DNA from: Eledone cirrhosa | Taxonomy: Eukaryota | Assembly: GCA_964016885.1 (NCBI GenBank) | Contig: OZ024755.1 | Location: 38,440,001-38,504,000, forward strand | Direction of reading: 5' to 3' | DNA: 64,000 nt | Made by a program: the position numbers and the translations under genes | Notes under the pieces: generated by a model | Told to the model about the DNA's origin: nothing | The model's database searches: none | What the model saw: the letters and a program-made list of their open reading frames with translations, nothing else | Part shown: one piece after another, positions 1 to 13,134 of the stretch | Position numbering within the stretch: position 1 is the stretch's first letter | Layout: every line of letters starts with the position of its first letter

Positions 1-29
1 GCACATCTATTGGTATTCACATATACCAG

Positions 30-91
<62 letters not shown>

Positions 92-92
<1 letters not shown>

Positions 93-325
93 GGATCTCC
101 GTCTGTTCCAACGATGAGTATTCCAGTTAATTCGATCAAGAGGAGAGCCAGCTTGTTAAATGTTCGTGTAAGTGGCTGACTATTCCGTAGGCACAGACAT
201 CCTTTATGTAGTTCTCAGGGAGATTCAGTGTGACACTGTGTGCGACAAGGTAGGTCTTTTGAATTACAGGTACAACTAATTTTGCCAGGTGAGTTGACTG
301 GAGTAAGGTGAAATAAAGTGTCTGG
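92..325 (-). mobile_element. tRNA-derived SINE fragment (core shared with copies at 20146 and 23101)
   Basis: Contains 'gactggagtaaggtgaaataaagtgtc', matching the core of other SINE copies in the window; abuts a (TG)n tract. Confidence 0.6.
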
Positions 326-533
326 ATGGACTCAATTAGTTGGCATTGAATCATGTGATGTGTTAGGGCTGTCACCAGGGTAGAATCAAAGCAACTAAGG
401 GCTAGAGTAGGGGTCAGCAACCCTCGGCCCGCAGGCCACATCCGGCCCGCCAACTGGTTTCAATCTTAGGCTTGACTGTGTTAATTAGACGACAAGGTCA
501 CTTCAGAAGCTCTCTACATTCCAGAACCACATC

Positions 534-812
534 ATGAGACTTATGACAAGCAAGGAGCTTAGCGACCATATCTGTATCAGTGAGCTGCTCAACAGAACCA
601 AACTTAGACCAATTACATCAATTGTCAAGTCAAGAGTACTCAAACTATACGGCCATATAAAAAGATCAACTTGTGGTGTGAGTAGGTTATGCCTGGAAGG
701 AAGGTTGGCTGGTAAGAGAAGCAGAGGCTGGCAGTCAAAACGATGGCTTTATAATGTCAACTTATGGACTGGACTTGATCTTTGCTATTTGAACTCTGCT
801 GTTGGTGATTGA
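534..812 (+). pseudogene. 3' fragment of RTE-type LINE ORF
   Basis: Translation 'IVKSRVLKLYGHIKR...LEGRLAGKRSRGWQSKRW' matches the RTE C-terminal pattern (LRWxGHxxR...GKRxRGRPxKRW). Confidence 0.7.
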
Positions 813-937
813 ACTTTGTGGAGAGAGATATCACATGTTGATGTGCAGTCTGTAACTGGCGGAGTTTAGTATCACAAGAAGAACAAACAATCAATCTCAA
901 ACAAATAGAATAGTCAGAAATTGATTGTGTGTGCGTA

Positions 938-1567
938 CAGTAATCCCCCGCTATATCGCGGTTCACTTTTCGCGGTCCCGCTACACGGCAGATTTTTCTT
1001 TGGAACGTATCTAATTTCCTATCGCGGTAATCTTCGCTACATCGCGGATTTTTCGTTAGAACATATATATTTTCTTATCACAGTACGTACGTCTGAATAA
1101 AAAGTGTTTAAAATTTAAACTTATTAAATAAGTTTCGATGTGATTGAAGTGTATATCGTAAGGAAGAGGCATCTTAAGGCTTTAAATATAAAAATGTTTT
1201 TAATTTTCATTCCATTACTGTTTTACTGATTGTGTTTTTCTCTAATCTACTACAATCTCTTCATAGATTGACGGGAGATGTGCAGTGTATTACCAAGTGG
1301 CTACCGTGGCTGGCAATAGTCCTCATTGGAAAATAGTACTACGATCGTTGGTGGTAGTTTCTATACGATCGTTACTGGCTGTTTTTGGTGTTCAAATACA
1401 AAAGTATGTTTTAATGAGTTTATATGTACTTAAAGTGTGTAGGAGAGGTATTTTAAGGCTTCAAATATGAACACAACGGTTGTCTTTATGGTCTCTCTAT
1501 ATCGTGGATTTTCATTTATCGCGGTTGGTTCTGGAACGTATCCCCCGCGATAAACGGGGGATGTACA
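938..1567. mobile_element. TcMar/Tigger-like MITE
   Basis: TIRs CAGTAATCCCCCGCTATATCGCGG and CCCCCGCGATAAACGGGGGATGTAC; TA flanks; repeated ATCGCGG subterminal motifs. Confidence 0.75.
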
Positions 1568-2966
1568 TACATAGTATGTCTATGGCAGGGATGTGGAATG
1601 ATGCAGACTTACCTAAAACAAGTCAGTGTGTCTGGCAAACAGTTATTTCATTTCATCCTCAAAATCTTTCATTTCAGTTTTCTGTCTGGTAGGAAAACAT
1701 CTGTGACTCTATTCAATAATAATCAATGTTTATTTATTTTTCTATGTTAAAAGTGTTCAGTATTATTAAAAGTAAAGTTTTTCATCTAACAAATGGCAAC
1801 CCTGATCTAAATACACTGCCAGGTATCGTGGTTTTGTCACAGTTTATTAAAAATGTCATAGTATTTTATCATATTACTGTATTTGTTTTTACATATGCAT
1901 AGCAATGTGGCTTGCCGACGAGACACTGCATTGAAATGTGGCCCACACACCCCAAAAGGTCACCAAACCCTAGGCTAGAGAATAGTTCGGGCTCATAGCA
2001 TTTGCTAGGTGGCCTTGGGTTAGAAAATATATAAGAGGCCCTTACCACCTATTAGCAGGACCCTGGGCTAGAGATCAGTTGCCACCTAAAGCACATACTA
2101 GCGAGATTCTGGGTCAGAGAATATATGGGACCCTTAGCACCTATTAGGGTTACAGAATATCGGTGCTTCCCCTGGTAACTACTCACAAACTTAGTGAAAA
2201 TTAAAATTATATGAATGTAGACCTACACATAGAGATTCCAACATTAATCCAAGCTGCCCCGAGGAAAACATGAACCGTAATTCCCGGCGTCGAAGGCGCT
2301 ACTTTTTTCATAAAATAAGTCTAAAAAAAATCTACCATACGTCCTGGAGGCCGAAGGTTGTTCATTTTTTATTCTTAATTATATTGTCTGGTGACATCCA
2401 AGTGAACAGGTTTTTTATTTTGAAATATTGTGTTCTTTGCCTTTCATCCTTACGGGGTCGATAAAATAAAGTACCAGTAATCTACTGGGTAATTGCTGGC
2501 CTTGTGTCAATAGTAGAAACAATTTTTTTTTTCAAATATTTGGTTGTCAAATTTAGGGTGCGTCCTCAAGGACGAAACGTCTTCGGCGTTCCATAGCCTA
2601 CGTGTGTATCAGTGGCGAAGGGTAACCTGGAAAGCAGGGCATGCAGTTCAATCGCCATGGCCGAAAGTGAGGCTGTGCAGCCTTAAACCCCCCCCCCCCA
2701 TTCCCTCTAAATGACCCTCCCGGTCAGAGCCGCATGTAATGTTATCTAGAGTCTGTGTGTGTGTGTATGTGTGTGTGTGTGTAATCTTTTTATATGTCTA
2801 CGATTTAGTAAGCAGCCAAAATTCTGCTTGCTTCAACCGACGCTATTGATCAACTCAAAAGAATCTATAACGCATGCACGCACCCTTCGCCCCTGTATGT
2901 ATATATATACACACTGTATATATATATACACACTGTATATATATACACACTGTATATATATACACA

Positions 2967-3014
<48 letters not shown>

Positions 3015-3018
<4 letters not shown>

Positions 3019-3573
3019 AAATATAGAGAAAAATACTGCAGGTAGCACATGGATAACATGTAATAAAATGAGTCCCTCATCAGTGATTTGCCGACGATCA
3101 TAGATATTTCATTGCATTAAAAATCATATACCTCACGTCGGTGCAATAATAACCAAAATAAGTTATTAGGACAATTGAAACGCGTAAAGCGAGTGAGACA
3201 GGAGAACAACACAGAGTATAGCTAACCGTAGGGGAAAGAAACAAGCTTCAAAAATTATTCTGTTTAGCATAAGCTAGGTGAATATAAGAGCGCTTTTAGA
3301 AAACAGACCTGACACGAGCGATGGCTATGTGAGAAGAGAGAAAAATAGCCTTCGTGGTGTACAGGATGAAATGAAGAGAAGAGAAACAGTGAGTGAGTGA
3401 AAGTGTGAGGAAGAGTTAACTGACATGACAGAGGGGGAGAAACAGAGAGAGAGAAAAAAACACAGAATCGCAGAGGTAAATATATGTAATAAAATATAGA
3501 GAAAAATACTGCAGGTAGCACATGGATAACATGTAATAAAATGAGTCCCTCATCAGTGATTTGCCGACGATCA
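3015..3573 (-). mobile_element. PLE-like pseudo-LTR element with ~87-bp direct terminal repeats, in (TA)n
   Basis: 3015-3101 is repeated at 3487-3573; an inverted homolog lies at ~6160-6648; flanked by TA tracts. Confidence 0.5.
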
Positions 3574-3768
3574 TATATATAATTTAATACATTAACAGAG
3601 AAAGCTTTAAGCTATACTCTGACTGGCTTCCATCTCACTCAACAAACATTAGGATATACCTTAGTATAATCCCAATTTTATGTTTGGGGTGCTAACTATA
3701 TGTATTTTGCGGATAGCCAGTTGTATTATTTTATATGAGACATAATTAAAATACATATATATATATAT

Positions 3769-4225
<457 letters not shown>

Positions 4226-4309
4226 TTAGGTTTGTTGGTTCACCACTGGATAGAATTGGTCATTCCGTATGGTCAATCTTGATGTAATATTATGGAGAGT
4301 ACTCAACGT

Positions 4310-6140
4310 AGAGCAGTTCACCCGTCTTCGTTTGTGTAGTTGGTGGTGCTAATACGGAGTTAATTATTATGAATAAAATAACAGGAGGCTGGGCTGGTGT
4401 AAATCCTTGAAAAGTTTATTATACTATGGTCATTTCAATGACCGGGTTCCGTATGAATCCGGTGATATCATCAGGTATTCGAAATATAACAAAGGAATAT
4501 GTAAAAACCATGGGTCCGAAAAGTCAGAGACAGAGAGGACGACTGACCAACTAGCTGCCTTCACCTCGGTCAGTCGCCCTCAAGTGATGGCTAGTCGGTC
4601 TGCTAATGACCATCTGGTGAGGGGGCGAAGGCTTATAATGTACTACCACCTCTCGGTCAAAGAATAAAAAAGGGGAAGACAGAAAGAAGAAAAGTCAGCG
4701 TAAGGGTCACACTACAGTCAGGCAAGAAAACGCCGCGAAAAATGTTATTCCAAAGAACCTATATTTTAACAAAGGCATATATAATGGGTGTCTTTATGGT
4801 CAGATGTGTGAACAGAAAAATTCGGATTCCGACAAAATTCTACGTATTATACTTAAACATGTATTGTAGTGACTGAATTCTCTACTCTATACTTCAGGAC
4901 TTTTTGTGATTCACACTGAGTTCTGGGACCCGAACTTACACTAGGTACCACCTGATACCATTCCATCTCTTCCATCCTCTATATTTATATGTATAACCTT
5001 GTATTATCTTACAGCAACTTGATCTATTTTGTATTTCCCTTTTGCTTTGATTCCTCCGTTTCACTACATCACTACCCTAGCTATGACAGCGTTTTATTTA
5101 TTTAGGTATTTTACTTTTTACTTTATTAATGTATCTTTGTATCCTGCTTTTATTTATTTGTCATTTTTTGCTTATTATTCCTTACTCAGGTCTTTATGCA
5201 CCTTTCATAGTTCCCTACCCACCAAAGAACCTCACTACTTATAACCCGGACTAACTGGGACTTAAAAATAATTATAGTCTATTTTCATTGGGTTTTACCA
5301 CTTTCGACTGATGTGGTGGCTTTCTCGGTTGTGCGCCGGGCGCTCGGAAAGTTCAGCCTTCCTTGAGTGCTTGGAAAAATAAATTTCCCCTCTTTCGGTA
5401 AATGAAATTACTCGGAACGGATGGATTTGCCTCGGGGCCCGCCGCGCCGCCTGTTTTGACCGCCATATTATACTTATACCTATAAACTCTTGGCTTAGGC
5501 ATACTGTTAGCTGTATCATGCCTCCCTCTACTGGCACGTAAATAAACCCCTCATGTGTGAATTAATAGTATTCGTTTGGTATAGACGATGGCCTGTCGAA
5601 GCTGGTAGACTTCCCGCTAACACACCCGAAGCCTATGGCAGTCACGTTCCTAGAGTACTCGGAAAAATTAATTTCCATTTCTTTCCCTAGACGATACTAC
5701 TCGAAACAGGCTGACACGTGGTTAGGAGGTGCTGGCTGGAATTTACAGTCGAAGGCTTTAATCTTTACTCTATATCCCACCTTGATAACTTATAGGGATC
5801 GATATGGTGATCACACCTGACTCTGAAATCAACACGGTCGTCAGATACGTCTCGATTCTACGAAGCAGATTTTCCTATAGTCCTTTAACATCGAATTTCT
5901 TCGTTTGTTGATTTAGATCCTGTTGTTGTCATTCTATGAGTGGTCAAGATTTGTACACGTCATCGGTATTTCTAGCCACTCATGGTTGACCACTTCTTGC
6001 TTCCTCTCGTTCTCCACCTGTCCAATAAATTCCTTTCGTCGCAACACTGTTTCTCTTTTTTCTGTGATATCATACTCTGCTCTACGAGGGCATTGTGAGT
6101 GCTCATACGGCCTACCGCATACGGACGCTTTAAGTATCAA
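4310..6140 (-). mobile_element. Degenerate PLE 3' part (GIY-YIG remnant, 3' UTR, hammerhead)
   Basis: ORF 5934-6140(-) 'C..QCP...KEFIGQVENERKQ...NH' resembles the PLE 'CP...YIGxTxNxFKxRxxNH' motif; 'WDI..R.K...C' remnant at ~5710-5790; hammerhead downstream at 4421-4478. Confidence 0.55.
4421..4478 (-). ncRNA. Type I hammerhead ribozyme
   Basis: Minus strand: ATAC-CTGATGA-[ACCGG..CCGGT stem II]-GAAA-TGACCA-T-A-GTAT; stems I, II and III all pair. Confidence 0.7.
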
Positions 6141-6642
6141 ACAACAATTATATATATATATGCTCCCTCGTTCTCTCTGTTTCTCTTACTTTCTTTCGTC
6201 CCCTCTGCCATGTCAGTTAACTCTTTCTCTCTACTGACCTCTTCCTCGCACTCCCACTCACTCAGTCCCTGTTTCTCCCCTTCTTTCTTCCTCCCGTTCG
6301 CTGGGAAAACGGTTTTCATTCTTTCTAACACCGGATTCACTAGCGAAAGGTCTGTTTTCTGACTCGCTCATATATTCACACAGCTTATGCTGAGAGAATA
6401 ACTATGTTGCTTGTGTTTATTTCCATCTTCGGTTAGCTTCCCCCTGTGTTGTTTACTTGTCTCACTCGCTTTACGTGTTTCTATTGTCCTAATAACTTAT
6501 TTTAGTTATTATCGCTCCAACGTGAGGTATATGATTTTTAATGCGATGAAATACCCATGATCGTTTGGTAAATCACTGATGAGGGACTCATTTTATAACA
6601 TGTTATCCATGTGCAACCAGCAGTATTCTTCTCACCCATATT

Positions 6643-6671
<29 letters not shown>

Positions 6672-6673
<2 letters not shown>

Positions 6674-7107
6674 AACAATTAAGTTAAAGATGTACATCCA
6701 TATATGTATACTGAAATACTAGTATGTATATGAATACACACACGTATACATATGTAGATGTACCAAGTTTTTTCACTGGTCACTTTACTGTGAGTGGCCA
6801 GCTATTCTGTATGTAAACACACAGACAAACCGGTTTTTAGAGTCATACTGGTTTTTGAGGAAACACCTTTCCTCTATTCTCCAGAAAGCCAGACAAGGAG
6901 AATAGAGGAAAGGTGTTTCCTCAAAAACCAGTATGACTCTAAAAACCGGTTTGTCTGTGTGTTTACATACAGAATAGCTGGCCACTCACAGTAAAGTGAC
7001 CAGTGAAAAAACTTGGTACATCTACATATGTATACGTGTGTGTATTCATATACATACTAGTATTTCAGTATACATATATGGATGTACATCTTTAACTTAA
7101 TTGTTTA
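6672..7107. repeat. ~211-bp essentially perfect inverted repeat with 14-nt loop
   Basis: 6672-6882 is the reverse complement of 6897-7107; mirror ORFs appear in the track; (TA)n on the left. Confidence 0.9.
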
Positions 7108-7169
7108 AGCGTCAGTCATACAAAAGTGAGTTACAAACGAAACGAAATTTAATTTCGTTTCGTTATTTG

Positions 7170-7224
<55 letters not shown>

Positions 7225-7533
7225 GTATCCACTGTAAGTTGTGGGGTCTATTCTGTATGAAGAACTCAATCTAATCCATATGTTGAAAATGTTGTAGGTT
7301 AAGATAAATCTCAGAAAACAATAAAACATTAAAAGGAAAACAGAGTCATGATATAAGTTAAATCAATGAAATAAAAAATCAAGTCATTAGAGATATACTT
7401 CACTGCTTTACGATCGTTTCTAGGTGATGATAATACATTGTATCTATACTCAGTAATTGATCTATGTAAGTTTACAAACTATCAGATAGAGAGAATATTT
7501 ACTTACATGCATATCACCATCTGTTTTCAAAAG

Positions 7534-7580
<47 letters not shown>

Positions 7581-7809
7581 ATATAGAAATGGCTTCTATT
7601 GGACTAAAGCCATTTCTATATTAAATTACTTTTACTCTGCTATGTATTGAGTACCTTACTTACTGTGGTTATCCTCGATTTAACACGGAATCTACATATA
7701 TATATATGTGTGAATGAAGTAATTCCGTCGGAAAAGTCCAGGAAAAAAGAGTGCTCTATGTAGGTAACAGAGCTTAATAGTTATGTAATAAACAACATAA
7801 GGCAATTAT

Positions 7810-7868
7810 TCCATTTACCAGTGGTTTCTTAAATGCAAAAAAAATTTTCTTTCAATCATCAGAATGAA
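7810..7868 (-). ncRNA. Type I hammerhead ribozyme (left arm of palindrome 7776-8035)
   Basis: Reverse-complement copy of the motif at 7944-8001; core CTGATGA, GAAA and TA intact. Confidence 0.7.
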
Positions 7869-7943
7869 AAAATCCTGGTGTATTTATTGATATTGGATTC
7901 TAAATATCAATAAATCGAATATCAATAAATACACCATGATTTT

Positions 7944-8001
7944 TTCATTCTGATGATTGAAAGCAAAATATTTTGCTTTTAAGAAACCACTGGTAAATGG
8001 A
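7944..8001 (+). ncRNA. Type I hammerhead ribozyme
   Basis: TTCATT-CTGATGA-TTGAAAGCAAAA.TA.TTTTGCTTTTAA-GAAA-CCACTGG-T-A-AATGGA. Confidence 0.8.
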
Positions 8002-8030
8002 ATAATTGCCTTATGTTGTTTATTACATAA

Positions 8031-8103
<73 letters not shown>

Positions 8104-8274
8104 GTATGTTTAATTATATATAGATAACTGTATATATACAAATAAATACGGATATCTAAATACTGGATTGAGGGAATTAATTGTACTTAGAAAGTTAATT
8201 GAATTTTCTTTTTGCTTCAAGTTATCTTTTCTGTGAGGAATATCACCTGGGAATTGGTAAACATAATGTTTTGG

Positions 8275-9730
8275 GTACACACATATCTATATACCTACAC
8301 ACACCTGCACACACTACACACATATCTATATACCTACACACACCTGCACACACTACACACATATCTATATACCTACACACACCTACACACATATCTATAT
8401 AACTACACACACCTACACACATATCTATATACCTACACACACCTACACACATATCTATACACCTACACACACCTACACCCATATCTATATACCTACACAC
8501 ACTACACACATATCTATACACCTACACACATATCTATATACCTACACACACTACACACATATCTATACACCTACACACATATCTATATACCTACACACAC
8601 TACACACATATCTATACACCTACACACACTACACACATATCTATACACCTACACACATATCTATATACCTACACACACTACACACATGTCTATACACCTA
8701 CACACACCTACACACATATCTATACACCTACACACATATCTATATACCTACACACACCTACACCCATATCTATATACCTACACACACCTACACACATATC
8801 TATATACCTACACACACCTACACACATATCTATATACCTACACACACCTACACCCATATCTATACACCTACACACACCTACACACATATCTATACACCTA
8901 CACACACCTACACACATATCTATATACCTACACACACTACACACATATCTATATACCTACACACACCTACACACATATCTATACACCTACACACACACTA
9001 CACACATATCTATATACCTACACACACCTACACCCATATCTATACACCTACACACACCTACACACACCTACACACATATCTATATACCTACACACACCTA
9101 CACCCATATCTATATACCTACACACACCTACACACATATCTATATACCTACACACACTACACACATATCTATATACCTACACACGCTACACACATATCTA
9201 TACACCTACACACACCTACACCCATATCTATATACCTACACACACCTACACCCATATCTATATACCTACACACACCTACACCCATATCTATATACCTACA
9301 CACACCTACACCCATATCTATATACCTACACACACTACACACATATCTATATACCTACACACACTACACATATCTATATACCTACACACACCTACACACA
9401 CCTACAGACACATCTATATACCTACACCCACTACACACATATCTATACACCTACACACACCTACACACATATCTATATACCTACACACACTACACACATA
9501 TATACCTACACACACTACACACATATCTATATACCTACACACACTACACACATATCTATATACCTACACACACCTACACACATATCTATACACCTACACA
9601 CACCTACACCCATATCTATACACCTACACACAACTACACACATATATATATACCTACACACACCTACACACATATCTATATACCTACACACACCTACACA
9701 CACATCTATACACCTACACACATATCTACA
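8275..9730. repeat. ~30-bp CA-rich minisatellite (CACACATATCTATATACCTACACACACCTA)
   Basis: Visible tandem array; accounts for the 517-aa HTYLYTYT ORF. Confidence 0.9.
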
Positions 9731-9989
9731 TGAATGAAACAACATTTGTCTTAGGTGGAATTTGAACTCAGGACCCTGAGACGAACGGTCAGACTGTTTT
9801 ATCATTTCTCCAAGCTAAATGTAAATAGTAGATAATTAGTGTTGTTATAATCGACAATAAACTTTCAATGTGGTGCTCCAGCATGGCTCCAGTCCAATTA
9901 CTGAAGCCACTAAAATAGTGATAGATTATTTTAGTATTTCCTATTGTTAAGGAGTTCCTTTTTATTTCCATGTGCCTAACACCTGTGGC

Positions 9990-10660
9990 CATGTCTACAA
10001 AGTCAGAATACAGCAGATCCCATGACTTGGAAACATTTTTTCACACTTAGAGTTGCTGAAGCAGGAACAAACTACCTGCATCAGTTGTTAGCTGTCGAGA
10101 CACTGCATCCTTTAAAACCTCCATGGAACAAACTACCTGCATCAGTTGTTAGCTGTCGAGACACTGCATCCTTTAAAACCTCCATGGAACAAACTACCTG
10201 CATCAGTTGTTAGCTGTCGGGACACTGCATCCTTTAAAACCTCCATGGAACAACCTACCTGCATCAGTTGTTAGCTGTCGGGACACTGCATCCTTTAAAA
10301 CCTCCATGGAACAAACTACCTGCATCAGTTGTTAGCTATCGGGACACTGCATCCTTTAAAACCTCCATGGAACAAACTACCTACATCAGTTGTTAGCTAT
10401 CGGGACACTGCATCCTTTAAAACCTCCATGGAACAAACTACCTACATCAGTTGTTAGCTGTCGGGACACTGCATCCTTTAAAACCTCCATGCTTCCTGAG
10501 ATTCGCCAACACTACACCTCCATACATACGCACACATTTATATCATGACTCATACACTGTTCACTTTCCTGACATTTGTATATTATTCTATGTACTATAC
10601 ATGCACCTTTGATGAGTTGTAGTGCACCTGAGCACTGTACACAATCATTTCACTATTATT
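9990..10660 (+). mobile_element. CR1/L2-type LINE 3' end with a 7 x 61-bp internal tandem amplification (10064-10491)
   Basis: 'HFFTLRVAEA..WNKLPASVVSCRDTASFKTSM' matches the CR1/L2 ORF2 C-terminal motif (FFxxRVxxxWNxLPxxVV...FK); (ATT) tail near 10655. Confidence 0.7.
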
Positions 10661-11097
10661 ATATTGGGAGTCTCCATGGAGCGTCGGAAGTTTAACAGTA
10701 TTTATTCCGGCTCTTTACATTCTGAGGTCAAATCTCGCCGAGGTTACATTTGACTTTCAGAGCCGATAATATAAAGTTCCAGTAAAATGCTGGGGATTAA
10801 TATAAATTACTGGCGTTGTGCTTCATTTAGAAGTAATTATTAAAGAGGAGATAACTCATAAAACTCTCATAAAATTAATTTTCTCCGATCTGTTTTTATT
10901 TTAGTTCCTATTTCTAGCATATCAGGAACGATAACTTACTAGGCTATCGGTAGAATTCAATTGTTATCTCCCTTGACAGATAATTTTATTTCACTGTATT
11001 TTGTACAGATATTCAGACTGATCCTCGGAAATAAAGCCAGGGTCAGCGCTGATCCCGCGGAAATAAAGCCAGGGTCAGCGCTAATCGTGTAGAAATA

Positions 11098-11285
11098 TTA
11101 ATTGTTTCTACTGTAGGCACAAGGCCAGCAATTACTCAGTAAATTACTGGTACTTTATTTTATCGACCTCGTAAGGATGAAAGGCAAAGTTAACCTCGGC
11201 GGGATTTGAACTCAGACTGTAAAGGGACGTAACTATGCTAGAAAGCATGGCGTCCAACCCTCTACCGATACTGCCAATTCACCGT
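11098..11285 (-). mobile_element. SINE, family with core 'cgccgaggttaactttgcctttcatccttacggggtcgataaaataaagtaccag'
   Basis: Same core at ~2435-2525, 10660-10840, 20600-20775, 32955-33075, 33860-34050, 35005-35195, 36975-37140, 37153-37340, 38000-38190 and 43148-43262; tRNA-like head with B-box-like GAGTTCAAATCC. Confidence 0.75.
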
Positions 11286-12319
11286 GTAGAAATATTAATC
11301 GTGTAGAAATATTAATGGAAGCATACCAGACATGACATACCCCTATTACTCCTAAGTATACATCCCGGCCTGACCGTAAAGGGTTCGCTAAATGTTCTAC
11401 GTCATCAGGTTTAGGAATAGAGGGACAATAAAGAGAACTCTGTAGGATTAGTCTGCAGTAAATCCATTCATATATTAGATATCTAATACTGCTACTTGAC
11501 TGGTACTTAGTCAAACCAATGACGGAGGTAGTCATAGTCCTCCCTTATAATTTTATTAACATCTGGGATGCTCTCAGCAGGGGTATGATGACTGAAGGAC
11601 TCAAAAGGACCGTATCATCCTGTGAAAGAGGCATAGTGGGCCTAAAGTGAGATGACGTGGCTGTGTGGGAGTGATTTCCACCAATTATAAAGCTAATCTG
11701 CTATATAGCTGATAAGCTGCTGTTTAATACTGTTTTCATCAACATAAAAACACATAAAAAGTGGGATATATAAAAAAAATATACATGACAATAAACATGA
11801 AGATGTGTAAATATCAATATACACTCTTGACAGGTGCAATGTGTCCAGACTCGGAAGAGCCAAACTCCCACTGTCATCGCCCCATCACTCTTACCCTCCC
11901 CATCTCTCTGTATAATGAGCAAATGGGGTCCCACGTGATGGCCACCCCACAACCCCGGCGGACAGAATGGAGAAGGCGTTTCCTCAGAGGATGGTAAGGG
12001 AGCTGCATGTAGGGGGACAATTTTTCTGTTTCAAATGTTCCTTAATTAGTAAAAATAAATTGTTTTGCCACGGACCGCATGTTTGAGACACCTCATCTAG
12101 CATAGTCATTTAACGTCTATTTTTCCAAGATTGCATGGTTTAGACGGGTTGTCACGTTATGAGGTAAGCCAGGTGAGATGACTATATTTTGCTCATACAT
12201 CTGTGTTTTGTTTGGGTTTCTACGGCTGGATGCCCTCCCTAACATCAATCATGTTAGAGTGAGGGAGGGTTCTTTATATCAACAATCTTACAGGGTGACC
12301 TGGCTGCTTATTGCTGTGT

Positions 12320-12825
12320 CACCAGCACTGGGTTCTTGGGTTCTTTATATCATGATACTAAAACAACCATCTAACAGGGTTGACTGGGTGCTTTTTGTTG
12401 AGTCACCAGCATTGGGTTCTTGGGTTCTTTATATCATGATACTAAAACAACCATCTAACAGGGTTGACTGGGTGCTTTTTGTTGAGTCACCAGCACTGGG
12501 TTCTTGGGTTCTTTATATCATGATACTAAAACAACCATCTAACAGGGTTGACTGGGTGCTTTTTGTTGAGTCACCAGCATTGGGTTCTTGGGTTCTTTAT
12601 ATCATGATACTAAAACAACCATCTAACAGGGTTGACTGGGTGCTTTTTGTTGAGTCACCAGCACTGGGTTCTTGGGTTCTTTATATCATGATACTAAAAC
12701 AACCATCTAACAGGGTTGACTGGGTGCTTTTTGTTGAGTCACCAGCACTGGGTTCTTTATATCATAACACTAAAACAACCATCTAACAGAGTGGAATGCC
12801 TGCTTTTTGTTGAGTCACCAGCACG
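12320..12825. repeat. 84-bp tandem repeat inside a SINE-like element
   Basis: About 5-6 units (28-aa repeat in ORF 12178-12786); unit contains 'gactgggtgcttttt', also found in SINE copies. Confidence 0.85.
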
Positions 12826-13134
12826 ACCACATTACAGGGTGGACTGGGTGCCCCCTGTGTCACCAGTACCTATATTAAATCAATCCTTCTATTAGTTAAT
12901 TTCACAAACAATGAAAGGAACTAGCGAGCCATAGTTTATATACACATCTTTGATGATTTATAGAAATATTAAAGCAATGCCACTACTTAATAGGTATGCC
13001 TTTTATTGAGAACTGAAGAGTGTAATGTATGTTTAACTTTGGTAGGATTTGAACTCACAATACAAAGTAGCAATATTCTCACCCAGTAAGGGGGAGAGGG
13101 CATAGTTGTGATTAAAAGAAAGAATGATTATGTT

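Larger units (their letters stand above)
408..1972. mobile_element. hAT-family non-autonomous DNA transposon with nested insertions
   Basis: Left end TAGGGGTCAGCAACCCTCGGCCCGCAGGCCACATCCGGCCC, right end ...TGTGGCCC...AAAAGGTCACCAAACCCTA; 8-bp TSD GGCTAGAG at 400-407 and 1973-1980. Confidence 0.75.

Noticed and set aside
6570-6630. CTGATGA core in the 3015/3487/6160 family
   Set aside because: No GAAA or stem I partner in the right position, so not called as a hammerhead
8212-9765. 517-aa His/Thr/Tyr-rich ORF
   Set aside because: Translation of a 30-bp CA-rich minisatellite
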